A DNA stretch of 20,000 bases from assembly GCA_034226945.1 (NCBI GenBank), contig CP120458.1, forward strand, positions 1,109,627-1,129,626, written 5' to 3'. The notes below the pieces were generated by a model that searched no databases, was not told the DNA's origin, and saw only the letters and a program-made list of their open reading frames with translations. Within the stretch, counting starts at the first letter, position 1. Each line of letters starts with the position of its first letter. This document shows, piece by piece, positions 1 to 9,965 of this stretch. Made by a program: the position numbers and the translations under genes. Origin of the DNA: Picochlorum sp. SENEW3. Its lineage: Eukaryota.

Positions 1-1249
1 CAAGCATTTCGATATCTGCTTCATCAACGGTTCTGCCACGGCGGCAAACTCCTCATCCCTCGTGAGCTCCAAAACTTCCTCCAGCTCCCCCAGAAAGAGC
101 ACCTCTTTGTGGCTGTTGGTCACGGGCCAGAACTTCAAAAGGCCTCTGATGACCACTTCTGCTAACGAATGATCCTTTTCTACAAACTGTGTCACGCAGT
201 ACGACAGCTGTTGATGATATAGTGGAAGATTTTTTGGTTTGTGCAATGGCAGGAGGGCCCTCTGCAAGAATGTCTTGTGCTCCTCCTTGAGCGGCAATGC
301 AAATCCGTTGATGATCGACCCTAAAATTTCCAATAATTCAGCTATTCCGTTGTGCCTATCTGTTTCGTAGACAAATCGATAAAATACATGATTGATAGAC
401 TTTCGAATAAAGGGCCGATGTGCCATGAATTTCCCATAAATCCTGTGAAGAATGGTCTTCAGGTAATCTCTCTCCCGAGGATCTTCGCTATCAAACAAAT
501 CCAGAAGCTTCAAAATAAAATGATGGTTAATATATTGCTTGGCTACCTTGGCATCGGTGTCGCTCGACACGACATACCGGAGCAATAATTCGTATACTAT
601 AGAGAGGTGCGACCACGCAGGCTCCAACAGCGGTTCCTCCTCGTCCAACTCATAACTCTCCCCGGTGGTTGAATGCTTGCTGGGTGGAAGCTCTCTAAAT
701 AAATTGGCAGCAATCATATGGACAACATGGGGAGATACATCTTCTGTAAACTTGCCTCCTCCAGAGTTGATGTAATCAATCAAATCCTGCAGAGCCTCCC
801 GCTTCATCTCCTTCTCCCTCACATCTACAGCCGGGCTGGTGAAATCAAAGGTGTACGAGCACATTTCCAACTTTCTCACGAAAACTTCCTGTCGGTGATG
901 GACGTCAACATTTCTCAGATGAGGAAGCGACTCTGCAGATGGCAGACAAGAGCAAAAACCTGTGAGTAGACCAACCCAACAGACTTGCACAACACAAAAC
1001 CCCGCTCGTACCTCTATATGCATTCAACATAGACTCCCTAGATTTCGTCCTTTTAATTTTAGTATTCACATGAGCTGGTTCAGAGTGCCCTCGCCTGAGC
1101 GGGTGCTGCATTTTGGCCGATGACCCTGACTGGTCCACGTCGCAGCTCCCTTGCCTCCTGTGACCTTGCTGCTGCGCCTTCCCCTTGACACTCGTCATAC
1201 CCAGCTTTGCCTTCATGGACTTGAACAGGCTCGGCGTGTTGTCCCCCAT
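1..1249 (-). CDS. PPP2R5: Serine/threonine protein phosphatase 2A regulatory subunit B' (B56 family); exon 1 1249-1012, exon 2 from 932 past the left edge (3'-truncated in window)
   Basis: Manual translation of the minus strand gives the B56 hallmarks ...[23 protein letters not shown]...[28 protein letters not shown]...[27 protein letters not shown]...[22 protein letters not shown]. Exon 1 ([13 protein letters not shown]...NAYR) joins in frame via a GTACGA donor at 1011. Confidence 0.96.
933..1011 (-). other. Spliceosomal intron (79 nt) of the B56 gene; alternative in-frame acceptor at 960
   Basis: Minus strand G|GTACGA...TTTTTGCTCTTGTCTGCCATCTGCAG|AG gives [13 protein letters not shown], similar to the plant B' start 'YEALPSFRDV'. 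Confidence 0.8.
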
Positions 1250-1560
1250 CGTTCACCCCAACAAACAAGCGACCCGTGTTGATTGGTGAATGATTCTTTG
1301 TTTGGAACATACGTACACACCGAGGTGTGTCTCTTGTCCGAATATGTCTCCTGTTACTTTGCAATCGGTAGTTTTCAATATGTTTATAGATCAACCCCAG
1401 GCATGACATGGGTCTATCCTGTGCAAACTGGAGACCCAGATCTCCGCATAAGATCTCACCCTGCCAATATGTGCCTTTTGGGCCATGATGACACTGTAGC
1501 ACTGGGCAGAAAATTCCACTTTCATCTATTTATAATCATTGCATAGTCCATTGATTCGTT
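1250..1560. promoter_or_regulatory. Divergent (bidirectional) promoter/5'-UTR region shared by B56 and eIF2B gamma
   Basis: 311 bp between head-to-head ATGs at 1249 (-) and 1561 (+); position only, no specific element identified. Confidence 0.55.
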
Positions 1561-2987
1561 ATGGTGGCGACAGTGCACGCCATTGTCCTCGTGGACGCTG
1601 CACGGGAACTGGGTGCGCTCACTGCGGACAACAAGGGGTGTCCAGTCGGCGTTCTTTTACCCATAGCAAATAAACCAATGATAAACTATGTTTTAGAGAC
1701 ATTGAGCAGGTCCGGAATCGTCAATGTGACTCTGGTGCGTGCCAATTTTATATTTTTTTTTGTCCTGCTGCATTCTTGGGTGCTCTCCTGTTCAATCCTC
1801 ATGCGACCTCGGTGCCTGTCATCGTGTAGGCTGGAAGTAATGAGGATTCCATGCGTTTGTTGTCGGAATGGTGTCGTTCCGGGTATTCAGGTCCTTGCGT
1901 CGTAGACACCTTGTGTGACGGGAACTGCGGGAAGGCCCCCGTGAGCCTCATTCGCCAACTCCTTCCCAAACTGACAGGATGCGAGAATATAGTCATTATG
2001 GAGGGCAATGTAGTCACCGATCTGGCGCTTAGGGCGCAGATGCTGGCCCACGATATGAAGGAGGCGCTTCTGACCATGGTTGTGGGGAAGGCACCTGTGG
2101 AGACAGGAGATTCCGGAAAGAGTGTCGCTCCGACCGACTACTTTAGCATACAGCCAGATGGGGTGATATCTGTATATTGCCATGCCCAAGAAAAATTGCG
2201 GGACGTTAGGATTGCGGAAGCGTGTCTGTCAAAGCATGTCCACCTGACCATTCGAAAGGACTGCAGGGATATGAAGACGTATATTTTCCGCAGGAACAAG
2301 CTATCTTCTATTTTAGAAGAGAATCCTGGATTAACGGATATCCAGAAGCACCTGATTCCGTACCTAGTCAGGTATCAACTGGTGAGTAGCAACAAGGTGG
2401 GCAACTCCATGGCGACCCTCGATAGAACCAGCAGTACAAACCTGACAGCTTGCTCTGGCAGCGAGTCTCACCTCCACTTACAGTCGATGAAACACGATTC
2501 TCAGCAACAGGCTCACGCTGTGATCGCGTACAGGGTTCCGCAAGACGTGTATTGTGAGCTGATTGATTCTCTGGCCTCGTATTCCAGTGCCAATAGGGAC
2601 GTGTTAGCACCTCACATCGCCAGCAAATTTATCGATTTGAAGCCGAATGCTCGATCTGATGCCTTTATAGATAGTCCAGTAGAGTTTGGAAATAAAGTCA
2701 CGGTTGGTAACGGAAGTATTGTGGGCCGAGGTAGTACCTTGGCAGACAGATGCAGCATCAAGCGCTCGGTCATTGGACCATCCTGTCACATTGGAGCGAG
2801 CTCCAAAATCATCAATTGCGTTATACATGATGGAGTCAATATAGGAGACGGTTGTCACATCCAAAACTCCATCATCTGTTGCAATGCGGTCATTGCCAGC
2901 AAGATTTCCATGAAGGACTGCCAAGTCGGTGCTGAGGTGACTTTAGCCGATCCAGGCAATTACAAATCCGAGGAATTTTTCGATTGA
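1561..2987 (+). CDS. EIF2B3: Translation initiation factor eIF2B subunit gamma; exons 1561-1734 and 1830-2987, ~443 aa
   Basis: N-terminal degenerate nucleotidyltransferase-like domain (AIVLVD...LLPIANKPMINYVLETL) and C-terminal hexapeptide left-handed beta-helix (VGNGSIVGRGSTLADRCSIKRSVIGPSCHIGASSKIINCVI). It lacks the GGxGTRL motif of GDP-mannose pyrophosphorylase and the C-terminal W2 domain of eIF2B epsilon. Confidence 0.88.
1735..1829 (+). other. Spliceosomal intron (95 nt, phase 0) of eIF2B gamma
   Basis: CTG|GTGCGT...T-tract...GTGTAG|GCT joins ORF 1561 to ORF 1851-2987 in frame. Confidence 0.88.
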
Positions 2988-3009
2988 TTGATCCTTTTAT
3001 GATGTGGTG

Positions 3010-3014
3010 TGTAA
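3010..3014 (+). terminator. TGTAA green-algal polyadenylation signal of eIF2B gamma
   Basis: TGTAA ~23 nt after the stop codon; UGUAA is the established chlorophyte near-upstream poly(A) element. Confidence 0.65.
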
Positions 3015-3030
3015 ATAAATAAATAAATAT

Positions 3031-3858
3031 TCATGGCATGATGCGAATCATGGCGAAGAACAGCGGCCTAGGAAACAGCCGAGAAAGACCTGTTGCTGCG
3101 GGGGTCTCCTCTTGGTACCCGAGCCCAACCAATACCCCGGGACCCACGACGCGCACATAATCAGTAAAGTCTCCATCGAAAGGAGGAGGGTTCTTTCTGG
3201 GTCCGACCCATCCAAACTCTGATGCAAGTGCTGCAAGTTCCCCTTCCTCCTCCTCCGGGAGGGCATAGGACAATACCATATCACATGTGTCTGACAACAT
3301 GGGCACCAGAGAACCGCCGACGGCAGCCTTGAAGTACAGAGGGCCTGGGTACCCTCTGTTCTTCAGAACATTTCCATGGAAAACCCTGCCATAGATATTA
3401 GGGTGGGGAGTCTCCTTGTCCTCGCCAGGCATGGAGAAGAAGGCCTTTTCAAAATACTCTTGCCCCAACAGCCTGATGGGCAACGCTGCCCTGCCACGGT
3501 ATCGAACGAGGCTAGAGTCTTCGCCGGGTAGATCATTCCAAATGCTGTAGGATGGGACTTTGGACGAAGAAATATCCGCGATGGAAGCCTCGTGCCGTTG
3601 TCCCGCCAACCGCCACAGTCGTAAAATATCTGCGTTCGTCAACTCATCCAGCATTTTCACTCTATCTTCCTCTGGTATCTCATCAATCTTATTCCATAAC
3701 AGAAGCCCGAGGTTCACACTGTCTTTGCTGTAAGGCACGAGAGTCTCAGCAGTTTTCACCAGATTGACGACACTCTTGACCGCGCTGGACCGCGCAATCC
3801 CCAGATGCCTCGTTTGACCGTCCAGACGGGTATATTTCCATTGCATGCCGACCACCAT
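3031..3858 (-). CDS. Hypothetical protein, 275 aa
   Basis: Long uninterrupted ORF with globular-protein composition filling the space between two real genes; no upstream in-frame ATG; family not recognised. Confidence 0.8.
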   Translation of the reverse strand: MVVGMQWKYTRLDGQTRHLGIARSSAVKSVVNLVKTAETLVPYSKDSVNLGLLLWNKIDEIPEEDRVKMLDELTNADILRLWRLAGQRHEASIADISSSKVPSYSIWNDLPGEDSSLVRYRGRAALPIRLLGQEYFEKAFFSMPGEDKETPHPNIYGRVFHGNVLKNRGYPGPLYFKAAVGGSLVPMLSDTCDMVLSYALPEEEEGELAALASEFGWVGPRKNPPPFDGDFTDYVRVVGPGVLVGLGYQEETPAATGLSRLFPRPLFFAMIRIMP

Positions 3859-3949
3859 CTCGTTCGAGGGCCCTCTGCGCCGACAGACTTCTGTTCGGTG
3901 GAACCGCGAGGGGCTTGTACATGGACGGTCTTTCCCAGATGAACAATTC

Positions 3950-3966
3950 TTACAATATCAATTACA
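3950..3966 (-). terminator. Two TGTAA polyadenylation signals of the sulfotransferase-like gene
   Basis: TTACA at 3950-3954 and 3962-3966 on the + strand, ~17-33 nt past the stop at 3983. Confidence 0.6.
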
Positions 3967-3982
3967 ATGTCATGTATATTCA

Positions 3983-5146
3983 TCAATAGATGACGTCATA
4001 TCCGAGCAGCTTTTCGAAGGTGGGATTCATCCTCGCATTGACCGCTTCTACGAGGTGCGATGTCTCTGTGTCTCTTTCCCGAGGATCCTCCGTTTCCTTC
4101 TCTAGTAGGGTATGGGCCCGAAAGTACACACTCCTTTCAAAGTAGTCCTTCGGAGCCATACTAGTACCAGATTGCGCCCTTCCATGATACCCGGTCAACA
4201 CGGTTGGCATCTCTCCTTTCATGGTCCACCCAGTCAAATTCTGCACGGCCCGAACAAAAGCCTCCTGCTGCATGGGCAACACATTCTCCTCCGCTCGAAC
4301 GACCATCACACAGTTGCTAGATGTGATTGCTGACTTTAAATGGTTGCAAAACTTTTTTATTCGTAGGTCGAAAATGTCCTCAAATGACTCGCCCGGAGTG
4401 ATGTGTGCACCTCTCTGCCAGGGAGTCGAGACAAACTCCAGAGGGCCCTTCCTACTCGCTCGGATCTGCGCTGAGTCGCAGAAGTAGCAGTCTCGCATCA
4501 TCGACCTGACCCAGTCGTATGCATTGCGAATGGAAATGACCGTTAGCCCGGGATAGAAACGCCCATCGTCCTGCTGTGAATTGTGTTTATGATTGTTCAG
4601 ACCAAATTCGCGCTGGAATTCCGCAACTTTCACCCACGGAAATCGCTTTCGGATTTTTTCTTTCGATTCCAATATGACGTCGAAATTCGCATGGACGAGG
4701 TCTGCAGCGGCATTCGAGCCACAATGCCTCTCCCCAAGAATGTGAAAGTGTCTTGACACCTGTCCTGTGCATTTCTCATTCACCGAGACGCCCTCCGGGA
4801 CTCTGCAAACAGAGATCAAAGCATCCATATCAACAGCTTTCATGTATTGATGCACCAGGCCAGCGTATCTCCTCTGCTCTTCAGGCTTTGTGGACCCAGC
4901 ACCGTCCTGCAGCTTGTTGTCACCAGGACGCACTTTGCGGCCCTGTAGACCCGAATTCTCAGCTGCCAAGTTGCTTGCGGAGAGACCATACAGCCCCTTC
5001 CACAGGAGAATAACAATCACGAGGACGGTCGCGAGCGCCTGTGCTACCTGCCACAACCCCGCTGAGACGTTCTTCTTCTTCTTCCTCTTGTTCTTCGCTT
5101 GCACGGAAAACAGCCCATGGCCCGATTTCCTCTCGCTCCTTTGCAT
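3983..5146 (-). CDS. Type II membrane (probably Golgi) sulfotransferase-like protein, 387 aa
   Basis: Basic cytosolic tail (KNKRKKKKN), one TM helix (ALATVLVIVILLW), stem, then a 5'-PSB-like motif (FHILGERHCGSN) and a 3'-PB-like motif (VISIRNAYDWVRSM) of PAPS-dependent sulfotransferases. Confidence 0.72.
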   Translation of the reverse strand: MQRSERKSGHGLFSVQAKNKRKKKKNVSAGLWQVAQALATVLVIVILLWKGLYGLSASNLAAENSGLQGRKVRPGDNKLQDGAGSTKPEEQRRYAGLVHQYMKAVDMDALISVCRVPEGVSVNEKCTGQVSRHFHILGERHCGSNAAADLVHANFDVILESKEKIRKRFPWVKVAEFQREFGLNNHKHNSQQDDGRFYPGLTVISIRNAYDWVRSMMRDCYFCDSAQIRASRKGPLEFVSTPWQRGAHITPGESFEDIFDLRIKKFCNHLKSAITSSNCVMVVRAEENVLPMQQEAFVRAVQNLTGWTMKGEMPTVLTGYHGRAQSGTSMAPKDYFERSVYFRAHTLLEKETEDPRERDTETSHLVEAVNARMNPTFEKLLGYDVIY

Positions 5147-5609
5147 CTATCTGTCCTATTGATATTGATACTACATGATATTAGAACAATTATGTTCCAG
5201 CCTCGTGCTCAAGCTTCACCTAGGGCTTCTCATCGTTGGCCATGGCCAGCTCAGAGTTCCCAGTGGGAATCAACGATCTGTTGGCGGTTTTGTCAACGAG
5301 CACCAGAGATACCACGATGTCCTCCAATTGGTGGAATGCACGGCTACAACCTCGAGAATGAATACATAAAGTAGAAATTTTGTGAATTGGTCGACTGATT
5401 CTCGCAGAAGGTATAATTGTCTACCACAAGTCACCCAAACTCCTTTGGACCACACACTGCCAAGTGGTGAGAGGGTTGGGACTTTGGGAACACAGTTGGA
5501 TGCGAATGATATTATATTTGAGCATTTACTATCTTAATTATAACTGACTCTGGAGCGATCGTTACGTGCGTTGATCGGGTACGGTCGAGATACTTGAGTC
5601 GAAGAAGAT

Positions 5610-7634
5610 ATGGAGGGAACTACCACGCTCTCTGCGGAGGAGGGAAGCCTTCTTTGCCAGGGAGGGTACGCAGAGAAAGGTGAGGAAGGAAGAATGCCAT
5701 TGTCCAAGGATGAGGTGGCACCCGCGTTGACGCCTGGGAGCGTACCAGAAGTTCAACAAGGGACGTTTGGTGAGGATGCTCTTCCTTCCAATCTGCACCA
5801 GATACATGCTGGTAAGAGCGACCACATGAGCAATGAACCATTGATCGCATCATCAGAGGTACGTGTCGAGAAGTTTCTCCAGGGTGGGGTTGTGTTCCTG
5901 CTACAGAGGGCAACTGGGACAACTTTTTTTTTGTGTGTGATAGGATTCCAGGAGTATCTCGAGCACGCTCCTGACATGGATATGATACGATGTGTGCAGG
6001 AAAATTTGAGTGACGGAATGAATCTGTTAAACATGACCAATCGCACTGGAATGGATGGAGGATCTCCGAACAGGGTTGGCATGGCCAAATCCTCCAACGA
6101 TGGCACAGGCACGTCTGCTGATGAGTTTTCGGGAGCACATGAAACAGAAGGTGGAGGGATTGGATCCAATAGGATGGTACCGCAATTTTCAAGGTCATTG
6201 CCAACCGTGGGATGCCAGGGCATTATCTCCAGTGAGGCCAGCATGTTCTCCTCATCACAGAGCGACTCTCCTACTCGATTTCTGTGGATTGGAAACCTCA
6301 CACCCATGGCGACTCGGCCAGTACTGTGCACTATTTTTGAAAGGTTTGGCCCACTGGAGGATTTGATAGCGTTTCCCTCCAGAATGTATGCATTCGTGAC
6401 GTACCAGCACACTGAGAGTGCGGTGAAGGCCTTGCAGTCCATCCAGGGCGTGGTAATCAAAGATATCACGGGCGAGAAAGGCATGATCATCAAGTATAGA
6501 CCGGAGAGAAAGGCTGCTACCCAGTCGATGGACGAATCCAGCGGCAGATCGCATGCTGGAGCTGACGTGGATGTTGAGCCATCTCCGAGAATCTGGTTGG
6601 GAAATATAGCTCCAACAGCAACAGCAGCGAATCTTCAGAGTGTGCTGGGTCGGTTTGGCCCGCTAGTAGATGCAGCTGTATTTCCAGCGCGTATTGGTCC
6701 CCTGGGATATGCGTTTGTGAAATTTGAGAGACTCGAAGATGCCATTAATGCATACACCACGTTGAACAATGCAGTTGTACCAGCTTTGTCAGGCTCCAAA
6801 CAGGTTAAAATGAGGTATAAACCAGTCACAGAAGGTGTTCCAGCACGAGATACTGCTCTTGATGCCTTGCAAGCATCCATTCCATCAAGGCACATTTGGA
6901 TTGGGAACGTCACGCAGAAACCCTCAGAGGAGGTGTTGATGAGGATTTTCTCTCGTTTTGGAACCATCGAGTCAGCCAGAGTGTTTTCAGCAAAGTCATA
7001 CGCGTTCGTGAATTTCTACGAGATCTCCTCGGCGATTGAAGCTATCACCAAGTTGGATGGAGTTGCAGTGCCTGTCCTGACAGGCCTGAAGCCTCTGGTC
7101 ATGAGATATCAGCATGACGCCAATGCCCCAAGCAATGCTGCAAACATAAATCAGCAGCTCAATAACAAGATGTTGGAAATCCTATCGCGGTCCAGAATGG
7201 TCCCTGATTCTCAGCAGAGTCACTTGAGAAGCCAAGTCTCTCTTCCCCAGCAGATGTTGGCTCAGTCTTTTTCCATGCACGTTGATAATGCTGCGCAGGC
7301 TGCTAGCACACAACACCAAGATCAGCTCAGGTTTTTGGGTCAGCCTTTGCCCGCACATGCGGGAGATTCGTCTGCAATATCCACAGTCTTGCAAAATCTA
7401 GCAGCCCTTGCACCAGCAGCAAACCCTGCTCCTCCGATGTTTTCCCAAGGATATCAGAGTGCACACACGCAGGTCAATACTGCAGAGCAGACTTTGCTCC
7501 ACGAAAATGTGTGGCGCCAGGAAGATCAGTGGATCCCAAGAGCCAGCAGCATGCCATCCATGGCACAGGCAGATAATGTATCTCTCCATCTTCCAGACAC
7601 CGGTTTCCACAAGCCTTGGGATGGCAAATTCTAG
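5610..7634 (+). CDS. RNA-binding protein with three RRM domains and a Q/S/A-rich C-terminus (674 aa unspliced, ~627 aa if 5859-5999 is spliced)
   Basis: Three RNP2/RNP1 pairs: FLWIGNL/MYAFVTY, IWLGNI/GYAFVKF, IWIGNV/SYAFVNF, each followed by a similar G-x-K-x(3)-[MI][RK]Y beta4 segment. Confidence 0.93.
   Translation: MEGTTTLSAEEGSLLCQGGYAEKGEEGRMPLSKDEVAPALTPGSVPEVQQGTFGEDALPSNLHQIHAGKSDHMSNEPLIASSEVRVEKFLQGGVVFLLQRATGTTFFLCVIGFQEYLEHAPDMDMIRCVQENLSDGMNLLNMTNRTGMDGGSPNRVGMAKSSNDGTGTSADEFSGAHETEGGGIGSNRMVPQFSRSLPTVGCQGIISSEASMFSSSQSDSPTRFLWIGNLTPMATRPVLCTIFERFGPLEDLIAFPSRMYAFVTYQHTESAVKALQSIQGVVIKDITGEKGMIIKYRPERKAATQSMDESSGRSHAGADVDVEPSPRIWLGNIAPTATAANLQSVLGRFGPLVDAAVFPARIGPLGYAFVKFERLEDAINAYTTLNNAVVPALSGSKQVKMRYKPVTEGVPARDTALDALQASIPSRHIWIGNVTQKPSEEVLMRIFSRFGTIESARVFSAKSYAFVNFYEISSAIEAITKLDGVAVPVLTGLKPLVMRYQHDANAPSNAANINQQLNNKMLEILSRSRMVPDSQQSHLRSQVSLPQQMLAQSFSMHVDNAAQAASTQHQDQLRFLGQPLPAHAGDSSAISTVLQNLAALAPAANPAPPMFSQGYQSAHTQVNTAEQTLLHENVWRQEDQWIPRASSMPSMAQADNVSLHLPDTGFHKPWDGKF
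5859..5999 (+). other. Probable in-frame, stop-free intron (141 nt) in the RRM gene
   Basis: GAG|GTACGT donor, T-run at ~5923-5932, CTGAC branch-like site at 5971, TGTGCAG|GAA acceptor; length divisible by 3. Confidence 0.65.
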
Positions 7635-7783
7635 AGCTTCTAATAGAAGTTCCCGTCAGTACAGTGGACAGGTGTTTTTGATAAAATGACACATGAACAT
7701 GAATACAGAATTTTTTCTCGCAGAATGAATACCGATTCACCGGAGGTGGTATTTTATTTTGTACAAATATACAATTACACATT

Positions 7784-7903
7784 TTAACACTGCATGGATA
7801 CTCCATCGATGGATCTGCTCCATTGAATGATCTTGTCCCATGACAGGAAGCTGCTCCAAGATGGCCTGATGATCTTACCATCACTTCGTCCCACCACGCT
7901 CAT
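7784..7903 (-). CDS. Candidate small protein or terminal exon, 39 aa (MSVVGRSDGKIIRPSWSSFLSWDKIIQWSRSIDGVSMQC)
   Basis: ATG-TAA ORF below the ORF-track cutoff, followed within ~5 nt by TGTAA (7779-7775); no homology recognised. Confidence 0.3.
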   Translation of the reverse strand: MSVVGRSDGKIIRPSWSSFLSWDKIIQWSRSIDGVSMQC

Positions 7904-8099
7904 ATCTGGCACGTCTTCTCTCAGTCAGCAGAATCCTGTCAAATTTTTAATAATATCGGTGATTGGTGGCATTATTGCAACGACGAGGAGCATAGACTCT
8001 ATTTGTTGTCGCAGTCAACGTGATTCAAACGCGGGAACGTCATTGCAAACGTGATTACTCATTTAGATTTGGTCATCAATTCATTTCTTTTCCATAGAA

Positions 8100-9219
8100 A
8101 TGAGTTACAGCATGCTGGATGATGACCCTCGGGGTTTCAGGTGAGCAAACGCGTGCTTTTTGCGTGATGGCCAAAATTGTCGCCAGACAAGCAGACGCTA
8201 TCGCAGCGATTCTTGTACCGCGCGTTTTAATCGATATTTCTTTTCGTATATAGGAAGAAGAAGAGCTTCGCTTCTCGTTTGCTGAGACTTCACAGCCTGC
8301 TCGCTTGGCTGTTGGTGTTTGTTCTGGTCGTGTTGTTTTGGAAGACCAGGACATCCCTGATGAAACAGGTTGCAGAGCTAAAAGATTTTTCTGATTCCAC
8401 TCAAAGCGAAACGTTCGAGAAAATATCAAAGATGAACGAGAATATAGGAGCCAAGAACCGTGAAATTGCCGAGTTGAGCAGAGCACAGAGAGCTGATAAA
8501 AAGACCATCTCACAGGCACGTGCACATTTGTATTGCGACGATGTATGGCATAACGCTAACCTCTATTATTGTATACATTGCAGTGTGAGGTTGAGAAATC
8601 CAACCTGATGAGCGAGAGAGACCAATTATCCACCAAATACGATGGCTGCACAAAGGAAACACAATCTTTGAAGCAGCAGTTGGAATCTCTTCGTGTGGAG
8701 GCAGAGCAGAATCACCAGGTGCATACCGATACCCATCAGATGAAAGATACTAGGATTCAAGATCTGGAGAATCAGGTCAAGAACCTCGCAGACCAACTGA
8801 ATGCACAGAGGAATGTCAATACGCAGCAGCAGCAGCAGGCCAACAGGGAGACACAAACTGTGGATTCCAACAATGTGCGTCGAGAACCACGACGACAGAA
8901 TAACAATGTTGAGGCCGGCAATTCGAACAACAATGTGCAGCAAAATAGCCCTGTCAAAAGAGCAGAAAATGAAAATTCCAACAGTGTGCAACAAGAGCAG
9001 CAGCAGCAGGGCATTCCTAGTAAACGAAGAGGGCAGCGAAGTCCCGACGAACAAAGTAATGGCAACATCCGAATCACAGATTTGCCTGATGAGCAGAAAG
9101 ATGTTGGATCTGGCCGTGAAAACAGGCCGCTACCCAAGCCTACTCGTGGAAGAAAGAAAAAGTCCATGGGCATGCTGAAGGAGCACATGGGCATCCACGT
9201 GGGGGATGAAGAATATTAA
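8100..9219 (+). CDS. Type II membrane coiled-coil protein with N/Q-rich disordered tail (GOLM1/CASC4-like architecture); exons 8100-8140, 8254-8515, 8584-9219, ~312 aa
   Basis: Spliced product MSYSMLDDDPRGFR-KKKSFASRLLRLHSLLAWLLVFVLVVLFWK (TM), then a heptad-rich E/Q/K/L region and a Q/N-rich tail; both introns restore frame. Confidence 0.8.
8141..8253 (+). other. Intron 1 (113 nt, phase 2)
   Basis: CAG|GTGAGC...TTTCTTTTCGTATATAG|G, in frame with ORF 8279-8608. Confidence 0.8.
8516..8583 (+). other. Intron 2, non-canonical GC-AG (68 nt, phase 0)
   Basis: CAG|GCACGT donor, GCTAAC branch site at 8555-8560, TTGCAG|TGT acceptor; joins ORF 8279 to ORF 8569 in frame. Confidence 0.72.
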
Positions 9220-9965
9220 AGTACATTTAAAATTTAATTCTCACGAGAAAATCGAGCGCCCAGTCAAAACCCATTCAGACTGTGGTGCTGATCGCGATGA
9301 CGTCCTTGGTCCTCGATCAGGTAACCCATTTCCCCGTGGCCAATTTAGAGAGTGTAATGGCATTTCAGGCTATTGGATTTAGTTCCAGTGGTTGAGTTCC
9401 ACTGCACCCTGCGGTCAGGAAAGAACAAAAAAAGTCAATGGGAGGCCTCATTCTCCATGGTGACAGAGAATCGTCCTCCGACGAGAATCCGAGAGTGGAG
9501 ATTTCTTGCTTTTGCAACAGACATTGGGGGAGATTCGACGCAGCATTCCAGTTTGGCGGACCATCAGTTGAAAAGTGCCGCGATGAGGTCTTGCTGTGTG
9601 ACCCTGCCCATCAAGAAACGATATTCAGATGGAACTGTTTGCTGTTTGTTGCTGTAGAAAATGCTGTTTTCGTCTTCTTGCTGTGTGTAAAAAAGCGTGC
9701 AGTAGACGTCACTCCCGTTATCGGAAATGAACGCAATGAAATTTTGTCGACCCACGTCTCTCCCTTCTATAACAGTCGTGATAATGGCAGTCTAACTGGT
9801 CACCTTTTTTTACTGTCTCTTTTTACGAACGAAGAGAGCAACCAACGTGGCTTCTTCTTCCGGTCCAGTAGTTCGATGGACCGGACCGTCGAGCGTCTCC
9901 GTGGTTCGCGTCAGAAAGTATCTTCTTCGACGCCAATGTCAACCAACTGTTCCAGTTTTGGCCCG

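Noticed and set aside
5150..5460. Small ORFs between the sulfotransferase-like and RRM genes
   Set aside because: Several competing 60-90-codon frames with no homology; the most coding-like minus frame has an internal TAG. Most simply a divergent promoter/UTR region.
5620..9194. Long antisense/alternate-frame ORFs (e.g. 5753-6493, 5620-6204, 8626-9054, 8772-9194)
   Set aside because: They are shadows of well-supported genes on the opposite strand.
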